A DNA stretch of 64,000 bases, taken from Malacoraja senta. Lineage: Eukaryota. The stretch's first letter is position 1; each line of letters opens with the position of its first letter. Positions 25,541 to 39,931 of the stretch are shown piece by piece. A program made the position numbers and the translations under genes. Location of the stretch: NCBI GenBank assembly GCA_038087875.1, contig CM075986.1, positions 15,934,001 to 15,998,000 on the forward strand. The letters are read 5' to 3'. The notes under the pieces are model-generated. The model saw only the letters and a program-made list of their open reading frames with translations. It was not told where the DNA came from and made no database searches.

Positions 25541-26635
25541 TGTATACTAATGATGAATATTCTACAGAAGTTTAAATCGCCAAACCTTCCAATTTATTCC
25601 TTGCTCTCTGATATATGCCCCTCTTCGGTAATGTTGAAATTGGGTTATTATGAGGTGGTGACACGCTTTAAAAACATCCAAATTGCAAGAGGCATTTAAT
25701 GCAGACCACTCAGTAGCTATCTCTCTCCCCCCCCCCTTCATTTCACATGCTGAGAGATTGTAAAAGTTTTCTTCACAGCGAAACAAGGAAGGGTCTCTGA
25801 CCCGAAATGTCACCCATTCCTTCTCTCCAGATATGCTGCCTGTCCCGCTGAGATACTCCAGCATTTTGTATCTATCATTAGTTTACACGTCTCTTATAAA
25901 ACTTATAAAATGCTGCTTTTAGTTCTTTAAAGTTTATTATCTACTTGTTGGAAGGTTAGTGATTTCCAACCCTAATTGCAGCTTTGGCTTTGTACTACAG
26001 CGCTTGTATATCCTAGTGCTGGTGCCACTATGCCTGCCAAGTTCTGCCATGTAATTGCATGTCACGTGACAGGATACTGTGTACAAACTTGTAGTAGATT
26101 CAGCAGACAGGAAGAGTGTTTTACTGAGATATTACACAGGTTAAATCTCCTTGTGTATATAGTGCACACATGATTCCATAATGGCTATAGTAATTCTAAA
26201 CTTGACGCCTTGCTACTCCACTTTGGCTTTTAGCTTGATTCTGCTTAAACTGTCAAAGTTTTGTTATATCCTTGTCTTTTATTTGTAGTGTGTTGCATAT
26301 TTATGATTTCAGTAATTGTACTTGTTTAATTGAACAAGGTCTATTATCTCTGTATTATCACTGTGTCTTTGCACGGATGAATTTATTGTTGAGGAATGGC
26401 TGGTGCAGAATGTTAATGCATAGTAATTTACCTTTGGGATTTGGGTTTGAATCCAGTCAAAAGTGACGCAATGAAAACTTTGAATTTCTGTGGGTTTCTG
26501 TTGACATAAACTGAATTTGGGCATGTTTTATTCAGTTTCTCAACAAAGCACCTGGTTATCCTGCAAGATTTAACCCTAAGCTAGAAATGTCAGTGAAAGT
26601 CTATTGAGATGTGTGGAATAAATAAAGTGAGAAAT

Positions 26636-27098
26636 ATAAGCGAGTTCGGTATTCCGAAAAACGCAAGGAATCATGGGATTTGTCAAAGGTCGTAAGCTAT
26701 AATGGTAAATAGATCTCAGCACTATAGAGTGAGTACACTTTTGGTCCGATTTTTTTTAGTCTTTTTTTTAAGCTTCTATTTGTCATGGCTGATTCAAAGT
26801 ACCAAGATATGAAGATATATGGAAAAAAAAATGCGTGTCATTTACCTTCGCGATCTCGCTCACTCACGGACGCATGAACCAATAAAAACAAGAAATACAT
26901 CGCAGCTTTGTACAAAGGCAAAATAAAAGCAACTAATTAATAGTTTTAAAACAGTATTTCCTTACCTAGAATAATGAAAGATCGAAAATATGGAGGAAAT
27001 AAAGCCCTGGTTACACAAAGCAGCTCAGTGCCGCTCAAGAGGCGGGGGGGAGACCGGGCGAGTGGCGGTTCGCAAGCGCAGCCGAACCGCCACTGGAC
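26636..27098. mobile_element. Second, right-truncated member of the 22473-23447 TIR family
   Basis: Starts ataagcgagttcggtattccgaaaaacgcaaggaatcatgggatttgtcaaaggtc; block 26852-26980 is homologous to 23209-23340. Confidence 0.75.
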
Positions 27099-27340
27099 TT
27101 CAATACCTTCATCCAAATCATTAATATACAACGTGATGAGCAGCGACCCCAGCATCGAACCCTGCGGAACTCCGCTAGTCACTGGCAGCCAACCAGAAAA
27201 AGTCCCCTTTATTGCCAGTCTTTGCCTTCTGCCATCCAGCCAACCTGATATCCATGCTAGTATCTGCCCTTTGATACCATGGGCTCTCATTATCCTTAGC
27301 AGCCTCCCATGTGGCACCTTATCAAAGGCTTTCTGAAAGT
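27099..27340 (-). mobile_element. CR1 RT-domain fragment
   Basis: WLDGRRQRLAIKGTFSGWLPVTSGVPQGSMLGSLLITLYINDLDEGIE. Confidence 0.9.
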
Positions 27341-27429
27341 CTAGGGATACAACTGTTGTTCCTATATTCCATAATAAGTTTGAAACAATCTTCCTGAATC
27401 TAAAAACAAATGATTACTGTTTTCTCTAG

Positions 27430-27591
<162 letters not shown>

Positions 27592-30500
27592 TGATGAAGC
27601 AGGAATTTATTGCTAAACCTTATTATCCTGAGCATGTACTGTTGGATTGATTCCTTTAACTATTAGAACATCGAAGAAGCAAAGAAGTGGCCTAGTAGCC
27701 CCTAGAGGTTGCAAGGTGATCCAGTAATCATCTCATATCCTGTATCTCGTCCACTTTCACACCCAGTGGTTCTCTTTGTGTCCAGAAGTATATCATTGTC
27801 AGTATTTAATGAACGTAATGACTAAACATTCGTAGTGCTCTGAGCTGGAAAATGTTCTCACTCCATAAGATCATAAGTGATAGGAGTAGAATTAGGTCAT
27901 TCGGCCCATCGAGTCTACTCCGCCATTCAATCATGACTGATCTATCTATCCCTCCTCACCCCATTCTCCTGCCTGCTCCCCATAACCTCTGCCACCCTTA
28001 CTAATCAAGAATCTTTATCTATTTCTGAATGACCAGCCCTTTATCATGAGGCTGACTCTATTATAGATTCTCTGGGTAAAATTAGGGAACCCTGGATGAC
28101 AAGAGTTTTTGAGAGTTTGAAGAAGGGAAAAAAAGAAAGCTATGACAGGTACAGACAATTGAAAATGGGGAAGTTCCTTGAGAATGTACTGAAAACAAAA
28201 TTAGGAGGACAAAGAGGAGACATGAAATATCACTAGCAGACAAGATTACGAAGGTATTTTTAGTATGTCGGGACCAAATGATGAGAGTAGGTCCCCTGAG
28301 GAACCAGAGGGTTTCTCTCTCATATGCTCTAATGTATCTTTTAACCAGATATTTTAATCAGCATTTTATCACCATTATCAACTTGGCCTCAACATTTCAG
28401 AAATATTCCCTTCATACGAAACAAAATTGTTTTCTTTCCTTCACAGTTGTCGCAAAGTGCCGTTAACCTGAAATATTAACTCTTTTTCCCTTTTGACGTT
28501 TACTGCCTAACCTGATCAGTTTTTCTAAAATTTTGTTTTTGTTTTGGATTTCCAGCATTATACACTCACTCATAATGTTGATCATTGCCCTTAATTTCAT
28601 GCACTTTAAAGTTGCCTTTTTCCCCTCTGTGCTACACAAACCCATTCTATAACCCATTATTAGTTTAGTATTCTATAATGTTATGACCACATTTCCTTAG
28701 GGGGTCCATATTATGTGTTCACTAATTAACCATTGCAGAGATGAGGTCTATAATAAACTTTTCCCTTGTTGGTTCATGACACATTGTTTCAGAAAAATAT
28801 ACCAAAAGCATTTTATAAAATCAAATTGACATAGCAATGGTGGATTAAAAGCATAACCAAGGAGGAGGGGTGGGAAAAGGGAAAATTTGGAGGGAAGATC
28901 AGAAGTTGGATCAGATCCTCTTCAAATGTCAGGAACCATTCCATGCTTCACCCTGCTGTGTCTGTCACTGTTTGATGGATCTGAATGGCATAACATGTTA
29001 TTGGGTAGTTCAAAAACTTACCATGTTTAAATGGGACTGGAGCCACTAACAGCTTCAACTGGATGCAGGAAACCTCCTTATTTCTTCCAAATATTTGAAC
29101 TGGATCTGTTTTATGACAATTTTACACCACCATGATTATTTTTACTGGCATTTTATTTTGGTTCCATTTGTTAAATTGAATTCAAATTCTCACTCTGACA
29201 TGGTATGTTAATGCACGGCACACACTACATTATATCAGAGTATTATGCCACTTGCTACGTGAATATTTGTTATTTTTAAAACCTTGCATAGTCTGGTGAG
29301 TTTTGCTTGGAATTTGTTTTCTAATTGCTCTTTACTGTAAGTCTTTTGACCTATCAATGAGCACAAACAAACTGGTTATATTACACTGTCAACAACATTT
29401 CATTTCTTATAAACTGGTGTGGTAAGTAGTCCTGCTCCCTCATCCACATTGTCTTCATTGTGATGAAGAGCTTGCATAGGATGCCAAGTCAGTGGATATT
29501 TTTACAGCAGAGATAGATAGATAGATTCTTGGTTAGTACAGGTGTCAGAGGTTATAGGGAGAAGGCAGGAGAATGGGGTTAGGAGGGAGAGATAGATCAG
29601 TCATGATTGATTGGCAGAGCAGACGATGGGCCGAATGGCCTAATTCTACTATTCCATATGATATCCAAAAGGCAGTGCAGTAATCACCAAGAGAACGGTT
29701 ATGAATGGAAGTTCAGTGCTTTGCCACGTCGGACAACATATTTTATTTTGCTCTTTGCTATTTAATATTAAGTTTTTGACCCATTCGTGTCCAACATAAA
29801 AATTAAATATTTGATTATATAGACTCGCGAGTTTAGCAGTTATATTAGCCTATGTGGTTTTGAAGCCGTGTGCAGTAGTCTAGTTTGATAGCGCTTGGTC
29901 TTACTTTCCAGTGGTCGCAAGGTTAGTTTTAGCCATTACTATTGAACAACTTGTGCCACAGGCCATGGTCAGATAATTGGCATTGGATTGAAATTATACA
30001 AAATCTAATTGTTTAACAAATTAAATTACAAAAGTCAATTGAGAATGATCAGCTTAATTGTTTGGTATATAGTCATACCCAAACAAGAAACTATTAAATT
30101 TTTCCAAAAAATATTTTGGATTTCTTATTTCTTTTGTTTGTAATCTGGCTTGGAGCCAGAAGGGAATTACTTAATTGTTAAGTGTTCTTCAGTGAGTTGC
30201 TGTGACCTAGATTGTTTACCAAGCATGGTTTCTAGGAAGAATTTAAAAAATATAATTGTTTGATTGTATTGTGGATAGGATGCGTTCAGTAAGAATGCCA
30301 TTTGGGTCAATAGAGATCTGAAATTTCCCAGATCTTGTCATTTCAACCTCCTTGCATTTATAGAATTAATGCAAGGACTGGTTAAATTAATTCAGGTTCA
30401 TCATCTTATCATAATTTGTGGATTTAAAGGTATAGAAAGCTTTCTTTGTGAGTATCTATGGCTGTGGCTGGATTAAACTGCAATGTTGCTCTTCACTTCC

Positions 30501-31019
30501 TGTTGAACTTCTAGCCACCGCTTGCTGTAACGGTTTATATATTGAAGGATGAGCACTCATATTATGGTCATGTGAAATCTTGGCATACAAATGGGTCATT
30601 TGGCCCATAGTGCCCATGCCGGATAAAATACAGCTATTTAAGTTCATCCCACTTCCTTGATCTGTCTTTCAGTTTGACTCTTCAGTGTTCATGCAGGAAT
30701 TGTTTAAATATTCTAAATGCTTTTACCTCCATCATGCTTTAAAGCAGCAGACTCATAGCCACCGTAGAATAGAAATGTTCTGTCCTCACACCAATTTTAT
30801 TGCCAATTAACAAAAATCAATGCCCTCCAGTTATAGACCTCACTACCAAGGGACCAAAGTCCTTCCTTTTCACCCTGTCGAAGCTTTTAATAAATATATT
30901 AATCTTGATTAGATGGCAAGAGCTCATGCCTATTCAGTCTCTCCTCATGATAATAATGCTGCAGTCCTGCCAATGGGGCAGTGGGGAATTAATGGGCATG
31001 TCAGAGAAAATAAGGTAAA

Positions 31020-31908
31020 AACATAGAAAAATAGGTGCATGAGTAGGCCATTCGACCCTTGATGCAGGAAAAATGTTCCCGATGTTGGGGGAGTCCAGAA
31101 CCAGGGGTCACAGTTTAATAATGGGTCAGACATTTAGGACTGAGATGAGGAAAGACTTTTTCACTCAGAGAGTTGTGAATCTGTGGAATTCTCTGCCACA
31201 GAAGGCATAGGAGGTCAATTCACTGGATGTTTTCAAGGGTTAGATTTAGTTCTTAGGGCTAAAGGAATATGGGGGAAAAAGCAAAAATGGGGTACTGATT
31301 TTAGATGATTAGATGATCAGCATCTAGCCTGTCCAATCCTTGAAGAATTTTATGTTTATCACATCCCATCTCATCCTTCTAAATTCTAGTGAATACAAGC
31401 CCAGTCGACCCATTCTTTCATCATATGTCAGTCCCGCCATCCCAGGAATTAACCTGGTGAACCTACACCGTACTCCCTCAATAGCAATAATGTCCTTCCT
31501 CAAATTAGGAGACCAAAATTGCACACAATACTCCAGGTGCGGTCTCACCAGGGCCTTGTACAATTGCAGTAGGGCCTCCTTGCTCCTAAACTCAAATCCT
31601 CTCATAATGAAAGCTAACATGCCATTAGCTTTCTTCACTGCCTGCTGTACCTGCATGCTTGCTTTCAGTGACTGATGTACAAGCACACCCAGGTCTCGTT
31701 GCACCTCCCCTTTTCCTAATCTGACACCATTCAGATAATAATCATCCTGTTCTTGCCACCAAAGTGGATAACCTCACATTTATCCACATTATTATACTGC
31801 ATCTGCCATGCATCTGCTCACTCACCCAACCTATCCAAGTCACCCTGCACCCTGATAGTATCCTCCTCGCAGCTCCCACTGCCAACCAGCTTTGTGTCAT
31901 CCGCAAAC
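31020..31908 (-). mobile_element. CR1 LINE with an internally inverted segment (~31061-31322)
   Basis: Tail 31020-31060 and RT part 31323-31908 are on the minus strand; the intervening CR1 segment is on the plus strand. Confidence 0.85.
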
Positions 31909-34108
31909 TTGGAGTTGTGGGGAAAAAAGGTTTGGAGGGATATCAGCCAATCGTGGACTAATGTAGATGGGGCATGTTCGGCTGAAGGGCCAGCTTCCAT
32001 GCTGTACGACTCAATGACTTTAAGAAAGGCATTGCTCCGAGAAGACAAGATGGGCCTTGTGATCCTTCCCTACATTGTATCTCTGTCTGCTTTGTTGTCA
32101 CCTTCTCCTATCTAACAATGGCTCATTCTATATTTTCCTTGATCTGCATCTCTTTTGATCTCTTACACTTCCTTATCTCTATAACTCCCTCTCTCCTGAC
32201 GCTCAGTCTGAAGAAGGATCTCGACCCGAAACGTCAGCAATTCCTTCTGTCCAGAGATGCTACCTGTTCCACTGTTACTCCAGTATTTTGTGTCTATCTT
32301 CTATGTGTTGATGAAGTTCTCTAGAATGTATTTTAAAAGTGCTTGCCTAGAGCTTCACGTGCTGCTTTAGGCATAGTAGTGTTGTTGAAGAGCTCAGCAC
32401 CAATGACCATTTTGGTCATTGGCTCTAGGCTGAAACTTGTAATTGTGTTAGAAGCCTCAACACACTAACTATTGGCCATTTTCTTAACAGCGACTCAAGC
32501 GTCCTACCTGGCAGACCAGTCAGTAGATTGGTGACCACAAGACCAGTTGGGTCGGTGCAGTGACGGGAGTGAGGGGGAAGGGGGTGATGGCACGTTGGGA
32601 AGCACAGTGTTATGGGTGGAGCAGAAGTGGATAATTGTTGGAGGGGAATGACATCAACCCCTGTGCCCCGTTACATTTGGAAGAGTGGCTGAAAGCAGGA
32701 AGAAAGCAAAGAGATTTGCTGAGTGATGTGACCGGATAGCTCACTCACATCAGTAGAATGTTTGTTCAAAATATCAGCACCTTCAGAAGAAAACAATTTG
32801 AAGATCAGAAATGCAGTCAAAAGGACTTCCTTAATATATTAATATAACACATCCCCTTTAGTGATATTTAATTGGATTTATTGTTTAGATTGCTAAATTA
32901 TTAAATTTTGTGAGCTACAGAGCAAGTCAGCTGGACCTTTGAAAACCATTGATCAACTGCATTCTAGGCATCCAGATTTGGAGATGTCGGAGAGGAAAGC
33001 ATGTGCAGAACATGTCAGTTGGTGAAGAATGTGCAACATGAATAAGATGGGGAAATGGAAATAGTGTAAAGGCTGGGTAATGTGGCTACGTGGCCAAAGA
33101 AGCAGGAAACTGAAGCAGGAAAATCGTGGCAATGGCAGAGGTCGTGACTGACATCTGAGCCCTTTGTTGGCTTCGAGGTCTGGAAGGGGGAAGAGAAGTG
33201 TGCCCTACTCGCCCTGCCTTTCTGATAATCAGCCTAGAAGTCTGGAGCAGGAAGCCAGTCTTAATCTCTACTTAAGCAAACAAATATTTTTCCTGTGTTT
33301 AAGCTTCTGTGGGGCTGACTGAAAACATTGTGTCCATTTGGTGTTCAGAAAGAAGATCTTGAGAAGGGGTAGAGAGTAAAAGGGAGATTAAAAAAAATAA
33401 AACAACAAAGTAAGTATCCAGGTTCAAACTGAATTGAATGGAGGTATAAATGTTTTCAATTTGGCAACAAACTTGGAAACAGATAGGCAGGTATATTAAA
33501 ACATTATTTGTGTAGACCATGGTTAATTGGCATTAGGAGTCCAGCGGTGCCGCATAGCTGTGCAGAATGGCTTTGGGAAGCAGGCTAAACTCCAAGATAT
33601 TGTGCATTTCCTGCCATGGAAGCCTTGACTAATGCATCAACCGTCAACAATGAGAGATTGAAAGATACGTACACAGAAAACATTTGACCTGTGAAGTACA
33701 GAGGAAGAAGGGGTCGTGTAACAGTATTGCTGACTGAAGAATACAAGGCCATGCATCACACAGAGTTACTGCTAATGACCCAGCCATACTGCAATTGTTC
33801 ATCTTAACCAACATACAAGCCCACTGCTTGTTCAAAGTTCACGTAAAGAACATGCATGAGGGCAAAACATAACTGGCATCCATAGATCCTACATAAACTG
33901 TGAAGGAGTGGACTCGCGTTTAAATAGCGCTTTTCACATCCACAGAATGTTTCCAGTTAGTTGAATTTCAGATATTTGAGTAAACACTAAACCAACTTGA
34001 ACAGAGTACCCCGTCCTTAATGGCCTCTGATTTCACTGGAAAGTATCAACCAGGGCTTTGCCTAACACCCACAATGTTATCTCAAGACCATCTTCTATTT
34101 GCAACTAA

Positions 34109-34806
34109 AGCCCCTGTCCCACTTAGGAAACCTGAACGGAAACCTCTGGTGACCTTGCGCCCCACCCAAGGTTTCCATGAGTCGCCAGAGGTTTTGGTCA
34201 CTCACCTGGAAAGCCATGAGCTGCATCTACTGACCAAAGATCCTACAGGATCTTTGACAGACACGCACACACACACACACACACACACCCCGCCCCAAAA
34301 AAACGGGGGCCAGGGACAGCGGAGGAGCGCTGTCTGCGCGATGAAGGTAAACGCCTGCCACAGTGCATGTTAAGTCCTTTAGAGAGAGAAGGACAGAGAA
34401 GGGGAGAGTGGGGGGGGGGGGGCGGTGTGGGAGAAGGAGTGGAGACAGTTTTAAGAAGTTTAATAAAGTTAGCGGGCATTTTACCTTCCAGCGGATCTTC
34501 TAGGTCCTGAAAACCAAAGATCCTATAGGATCTTTGCTGAAAACTCCAATGAGCCAATCAAAATGGCCGGTCAGCGAAGGAGATTGCCTTCGACTGCCTG
34601 TAAGTAAATAGCAACCCCACTCCACTGGCTTCGACCAAACGGTAACCTATTTTTGGTCGAGGCCGGTTTTGAATTTGTTGAAATAATCGCAGGAACATAG
34701 AAGAAGCCTCGACTATGCGGAAACCACTTTCGACCATTAGGGAGAGTGACCAAAACCTCCAGGAACCTCACGGAAACCTTGGGTGGTGCACAAGGTCTCC
34801 AGAGGT
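34109..34806. mobile_element. PIF/Harbinger-type MITE, right tip lost
   Basis: taa|agcccctgtcccactt start; ~63-bp inverted arms (~34142-34203 vs ~34744-34806). Confidence 0.75.
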
Positions 34807-35506
34807 CTGCCAGGTCTTTAGTAACAGTTTCAGATCCCAGCCCATTAATTCTGTACCAGTTTTCATCTCTATCTCATTAGTTGTCCCATCATCCTGTCCT
34901 CTGCCATGACACATTTAGTTATTTTCCCTGCTGATTTTTTTTAGATTTCTGAGCTACAAGAATACAGGGCGAACATCTATGAAGTATTGGGCAAGATGAG
35001 GAATTAGTAAGAAAAGTATGAAGAGGTTGGTGTCTTTCAGAGTGGATTAATAACCAGCCCATTTGAAATCTATCCCAGCCTATTTCAAAACAGCAAGTGA
35101 AGAAATTGCAGGGATCAGCCCATCTCTTTTCCCTCTGGTATGGCTGCAGTTCTGAAACATGGCATCCTGCCACATGACCTGAGCATGATCATCTTTTGTT
35201 TTTATTTTCAATTCCCAGCGTGCGTGGTATTTTGCTTTTTGCACCTCTGTTCAAAAAGAAGTATAAAAGTGAGGAAGTATAAGCTTGTTAATTACAGATC
35301 AGTTAGGTTTGACTGTGATGGGCAAATTATTGGAATCAGTTCTGAGGAACAGTGCAAACTGCCATTTAGAAAAATACAGATTAATCGGGTGATCAGGAGG
35401 GATTTTTTCTGACTAAATTGATTATTTTTTTTAAAGGCTAATGAAGCAATGCATTTGATGTAATCTACATGCATTTTGGCAAGACCTTCGACTAGGTCCT
35501 GCGTAA

Positions 35507-36017
35507 AGTGGCTGTCGCACTTGGGCGACCTAATCCGCAAGTTCTGGCGAGTTTGCCCTCAACTCATACTCACAGCATGGTCGACATGAGGTCGAAGGAG
35601 GTCTTTGTAACTCTCCTTCATGCTCGAGAGAAGTCCCCGTGTACTCGAGGCCTCAGCTAGGTCACGGCATATTTTTCAACATGTTGAAAAATGCCAGCGA
35701 GTAAAAAAAGGTTGCCATGGAAAAAATCGATACTTTTTTTTATTCGTAGGTTTAGTCGTAGGTAATCGAGGTTAGTCGAAGGTAGTCGTAGATAGTCTTC
35801 ATCATAGTCGAAGGAGATTGAAGGAGGTCGTCTTCACTCTCCACTATTCGGTGTCCAATTTTCCCGAAGTTAGTCGTAGCTAGTCAAAGCTAGTCTTCAA
35901 CATAGTCGAAGGAGGTCGAAGGGGGTCTTCTACATAGTCGAAGGAGGTCTTCAACATTACATTTTTTTCAAACTCTCCTAAACTCGCCAACTAGGTCGCC
36001 CAAGGTGGATGGCCCCT
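35507..36017. mobile_element. PIF/Harbinger-type MITE with TAA TSD
   Basis: taa|agtggctgtcgcacttgggcgaccta ... taggtcgcccaaggtggatggcccct|taa. Confidence 0.85.
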
Positions 36018-37054
36018 TAACAGGCCAGTCAAAAGAGTGAAGATTCAGATTCAGATTCAAAAGTTTATTGTCATTGTGCAGTGTACAAGAACAGAGACAA
36101 CGAAATGCAGTTAGCATCTCACCCAGAAGTGCAAACACAGAATAATGGAACAGTAAATATATATATGCATATACAGTAGCAGTAGTGCAATTTCCGGGGA
36201 GGGAGATCAGTCACTGGGGGAAGGAGCTCCTGAAATTCAAAGGAGAGTCAGCTCAGTGACAGGAAGCAAAGGTTAAGGGTTTAGGGTGTTTATGTAACTG
36301 CAAAGCTTTTGGACTTTGTAATATATTTGAATGATTTTGGCTTCACTGTAGGAGTAAGATAAAGGTTGTGTCTGATACAAAAGTTAGCCTTGTGGTTGAC
36401 AGCAAAGAGACTGGACATCACAGATGATTTAGTTAGTTTACCAGGAAAGTGACAACTTGAGTTTGATTCAGAGAAGCGAGAGGTAATGCATTTGTACAGG
36501 TGCATCAAGACTGAGAGGAAGGCAGGCAGGTTGTGCTAGAACTGTGCACAATACCAGTTAGATTGTGGCCTAAACACTACATTGCAGGAAAGATATGATC
36601 GCGTAGTGAACATGAAGATATTCCCAGCTGTGGAAGACTATAGTTATGAGAAAGGTTTTAGGTTTTTGTTGGGTTTGGCTTTTGAAAATTCTGAGATTTT
36701 CTTTGGATTAGAGGGAAGAATTAATTGATGGGTTGAGGGAGAGTAAAAAGGAAGGACTTCACCTTAGTCGAAGAGGCTAAAGTCCGGAACATAGATTTAA
36801 AGTAATCGGTGGAGGGTTAAAGGAGCATTGAGGAAATCGCTTTTCAGCTAGAGGATGGTTCTGGATCTGGAGCTTACTGCCTGAAAAAGTGACTGAGACT
36901 AATGTCTTCATCACATTTGAAAAGTGCTTGGATACATGTTTGAAGTACCATGACCACTGGGATTCTGTGCAGTTCCTTTCGCTTTCATTCTTGCTGTGAA
37001 AAGGTGAGACCGGTAACTGATACCACAGCACAGCTACATCGGTGCATTGTGTAG

Positions 37055-37330
<276 letters not shown>

Positions 37331-38214
37331 TGAGTAGGATGTGGATTTGCGACTTTCCAGTTTTACAAAGCAGAAACATTTAATCCAACACCACTCTGCC
37401 CAAGCCACTCTCTGAACAGCTTTCAGGCTGTGAATTCATGTAATCCTGTCTTCTCTGTATCATCTAACAATCATCTAAAATCTTTAAAAACAAGACCACA
37501 AAGATGTCTTTCTTGGCTATGATGAAAAATTGTGGCTAAACTGGGGACATGAACACACCTTGTTTCATTTCATTAATGGCTTACAAGCTTCACACAATTC
37601 ATGCCCAGCATAGTGAACATGAAAGAAACAATTGCAACATTCACAATTCTTTAGTTATTTTTATTTGGTTGACAATATTCAGATCAGTTGCTTTTAGACT
37701 GAAATAAAGAATGCAGTTTAGTTTAGTGTGGAGGTACAGCGTGGAAACAGACCCTTCGGCCCACCGAGGAATTGGTCCTCATAACTAACCCCCGGCCCCA
37801 AGATGAACATAGCTGAGAAATATCATTGTTGTCACCCACAAGGAAGAGTACATTTTTTTTTTAAAACATTGCACCTGTGTTAGTCTCAAAACACATCCCC
37901 CGCCCCCTCCCCACCATGAGCTCGAATATTCCTTCGCCCCCTCCACATTTAAATGACCCCTCATGCTTTTGTTCCCTTATCCTGGTGTAGAGGGTGCTTC
38001 ACCACGCCCTCTGTTGTCTCTTGTCACACACCGATCTAAGTACGCTAAAAAATCTTAATGGAGTCTAGGTCACTGATAGTGGAAGCCACCTGCCCATGCA
38101 CAGTCCAGAGCATAAACACTTTGTGGTATATTGAGGGACACTGTTTGCTGGTGAGCAGCTTATTGGAACTAGACTTCTGGCTGAACGGTTTTGGCGAGCT
38201 GACTATTTTCCACA

Positions 38215-39931
38215 TGTGGGTCCCTTGAAGACAGAAACAGGTGAATTTATTATGGGGAACAAGGAAATGGCAGACGAGTTGAACAGGTACTTTGGTGCTG
38301 TCTTCCATAGTGAAGACAGAACCAATCTCCCAGATGTACTAGGGGACAGCGGACCTAGGGTGATGGAGAAACTGAAGGAAATTCACATCAGTCAGGAAAT
38401 GGTGTTGGGTGGACAGATGGGGCTGAAGGCTGATAAATCCCCAGGGCCTGATGGTCTGCATCCCAGGGTACTCGAGGAGGTAACTCTAGAAATCATGGAC
38501 GCATTGGTGATCATTTTCCAATGTTCTATAGATTCTGGATCCGTTTCTGTAGATTGGAGGGTAGCTAATGTTATCCCACTTTTTAAGGAAGGAGGGAGAG
38601 GAAGCAGGGAATTATAGCCTGACATCAGTGGTGGGGAAGATGCTGGAGTCAATTATTAAAGATGTATTAGTGGCGCATTTGGATAGCAGTAACAGGATCG
38701 GTCCAAGTCAGCATGGATTTACGAAGGGGAAATCATGCTTGACTGATCTTCTGGAATTTTTTAAGGATATAACAATTAAATGGACAAGGGAGAGCCAGTG
38801 GATGTGGTGTACCTGGAGTTTCAAAAAACATTTGATAAGGTCTCACGCCGGAGATTAGTGGGCAAAATTAGAGCACATGGTATTGGGAGTAGGGTATTGA
38901 CATGGATAGAAAATTGGTTGGCAGACAGGAAACAAAGAGTAGGGATTAACGGGTCCCTTTCAGAATGGCAGGCAGTGACTAGTGGGGTACTGCAAGGCTC
39001 AGTGCTGGAACCGCAGCTATTTACGATATACATTAATGATTTGGATGAAGGAATTAAAAGTAACATTAGCAAATTTGCAGATGACACAGAGCTGGGAGGC
39101 AGTGTGAACTGTGAAGAGGATGCTATGAGGATACAGGACAGGTTGGGTGAGTCGGCGAATGCATGACAGATGCAGTATAATGTGGATAAATGTGAGATTA
39201 TCCACATTGGTGGCAAGAACAGGAAGGCAGATTATTATCTGAATGGTGTCAGGTTAGGAAAAGGGGAAGTACAACGAGACCTGGGTGTCCTTGTACAGCA
39301 GTCATTGAAAGTAAGCATGCAGGTACAGCAGGCAGTGAAGAAAGCTAATGGCATGTTGGCCTTCATAACAAGAGGAGTTGAGTATAGGAGCAAAGAGGTC
39401 CTTCTGCAGTTGTATAGGGCCCTGGTGAGTCCTCACCTGGAGTATTGTGTGCAGTTTTGGTCTCCTAATTTGAGGAAGGACATTCTTGCTATTGAGGGAG
39501 TGCAGCGTCGGTTCACGAGGTTAATTCCCGGGATGGAACGACTGAGCTTGTATTCACTGGAATTTAGAAGGTTGAGAGTGGATCTTATAGAAACATATAA
39601 AATTATTAAGTGAATGGACGCGTTGATGCAGGAAACAAGTTCCCGATGTTGGGGGAGTCCAGAACCAGCTGCCACAGTTTAAGAATAAGGGGTAGGCCAT
39701 TTAGAACTAAGATGAGGAAAAACGTTTTCACCATGAGAGTTATGAATTTGTGGAATTCTCTGCCTTAAAAAGCAGTGGAGACCAATTCACTGGATGCATT
39801 CAAGAGTTAGGGCTAGCGGAATCAAGGGATATGGGGAGAAGGTAGGAACGGGGTACTGATTGTGGATGATCAGCCATGATCACATTGAATGACGGTGCTG
39901 GCTCGAAGGGCCGAATGGCGTACTCCTTCAC
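38215..39931 (+). mobile_element. CR1 LINE, 1.7 kb, frameshifted RT
   Basis: KSPGPDGLHPRVL, QHGFTKGKSCLT, SGVLQGSVL, KFADDT, HLEYCVQFWSP in several frames; CR1 3' end. Confidence 0.95.

Noticed and set aside
35750-35950. CRISPR-like repeat array
   Set aside because: Eukaryotic intron, short irregular motifs with no unique spacers, inside a MITE.
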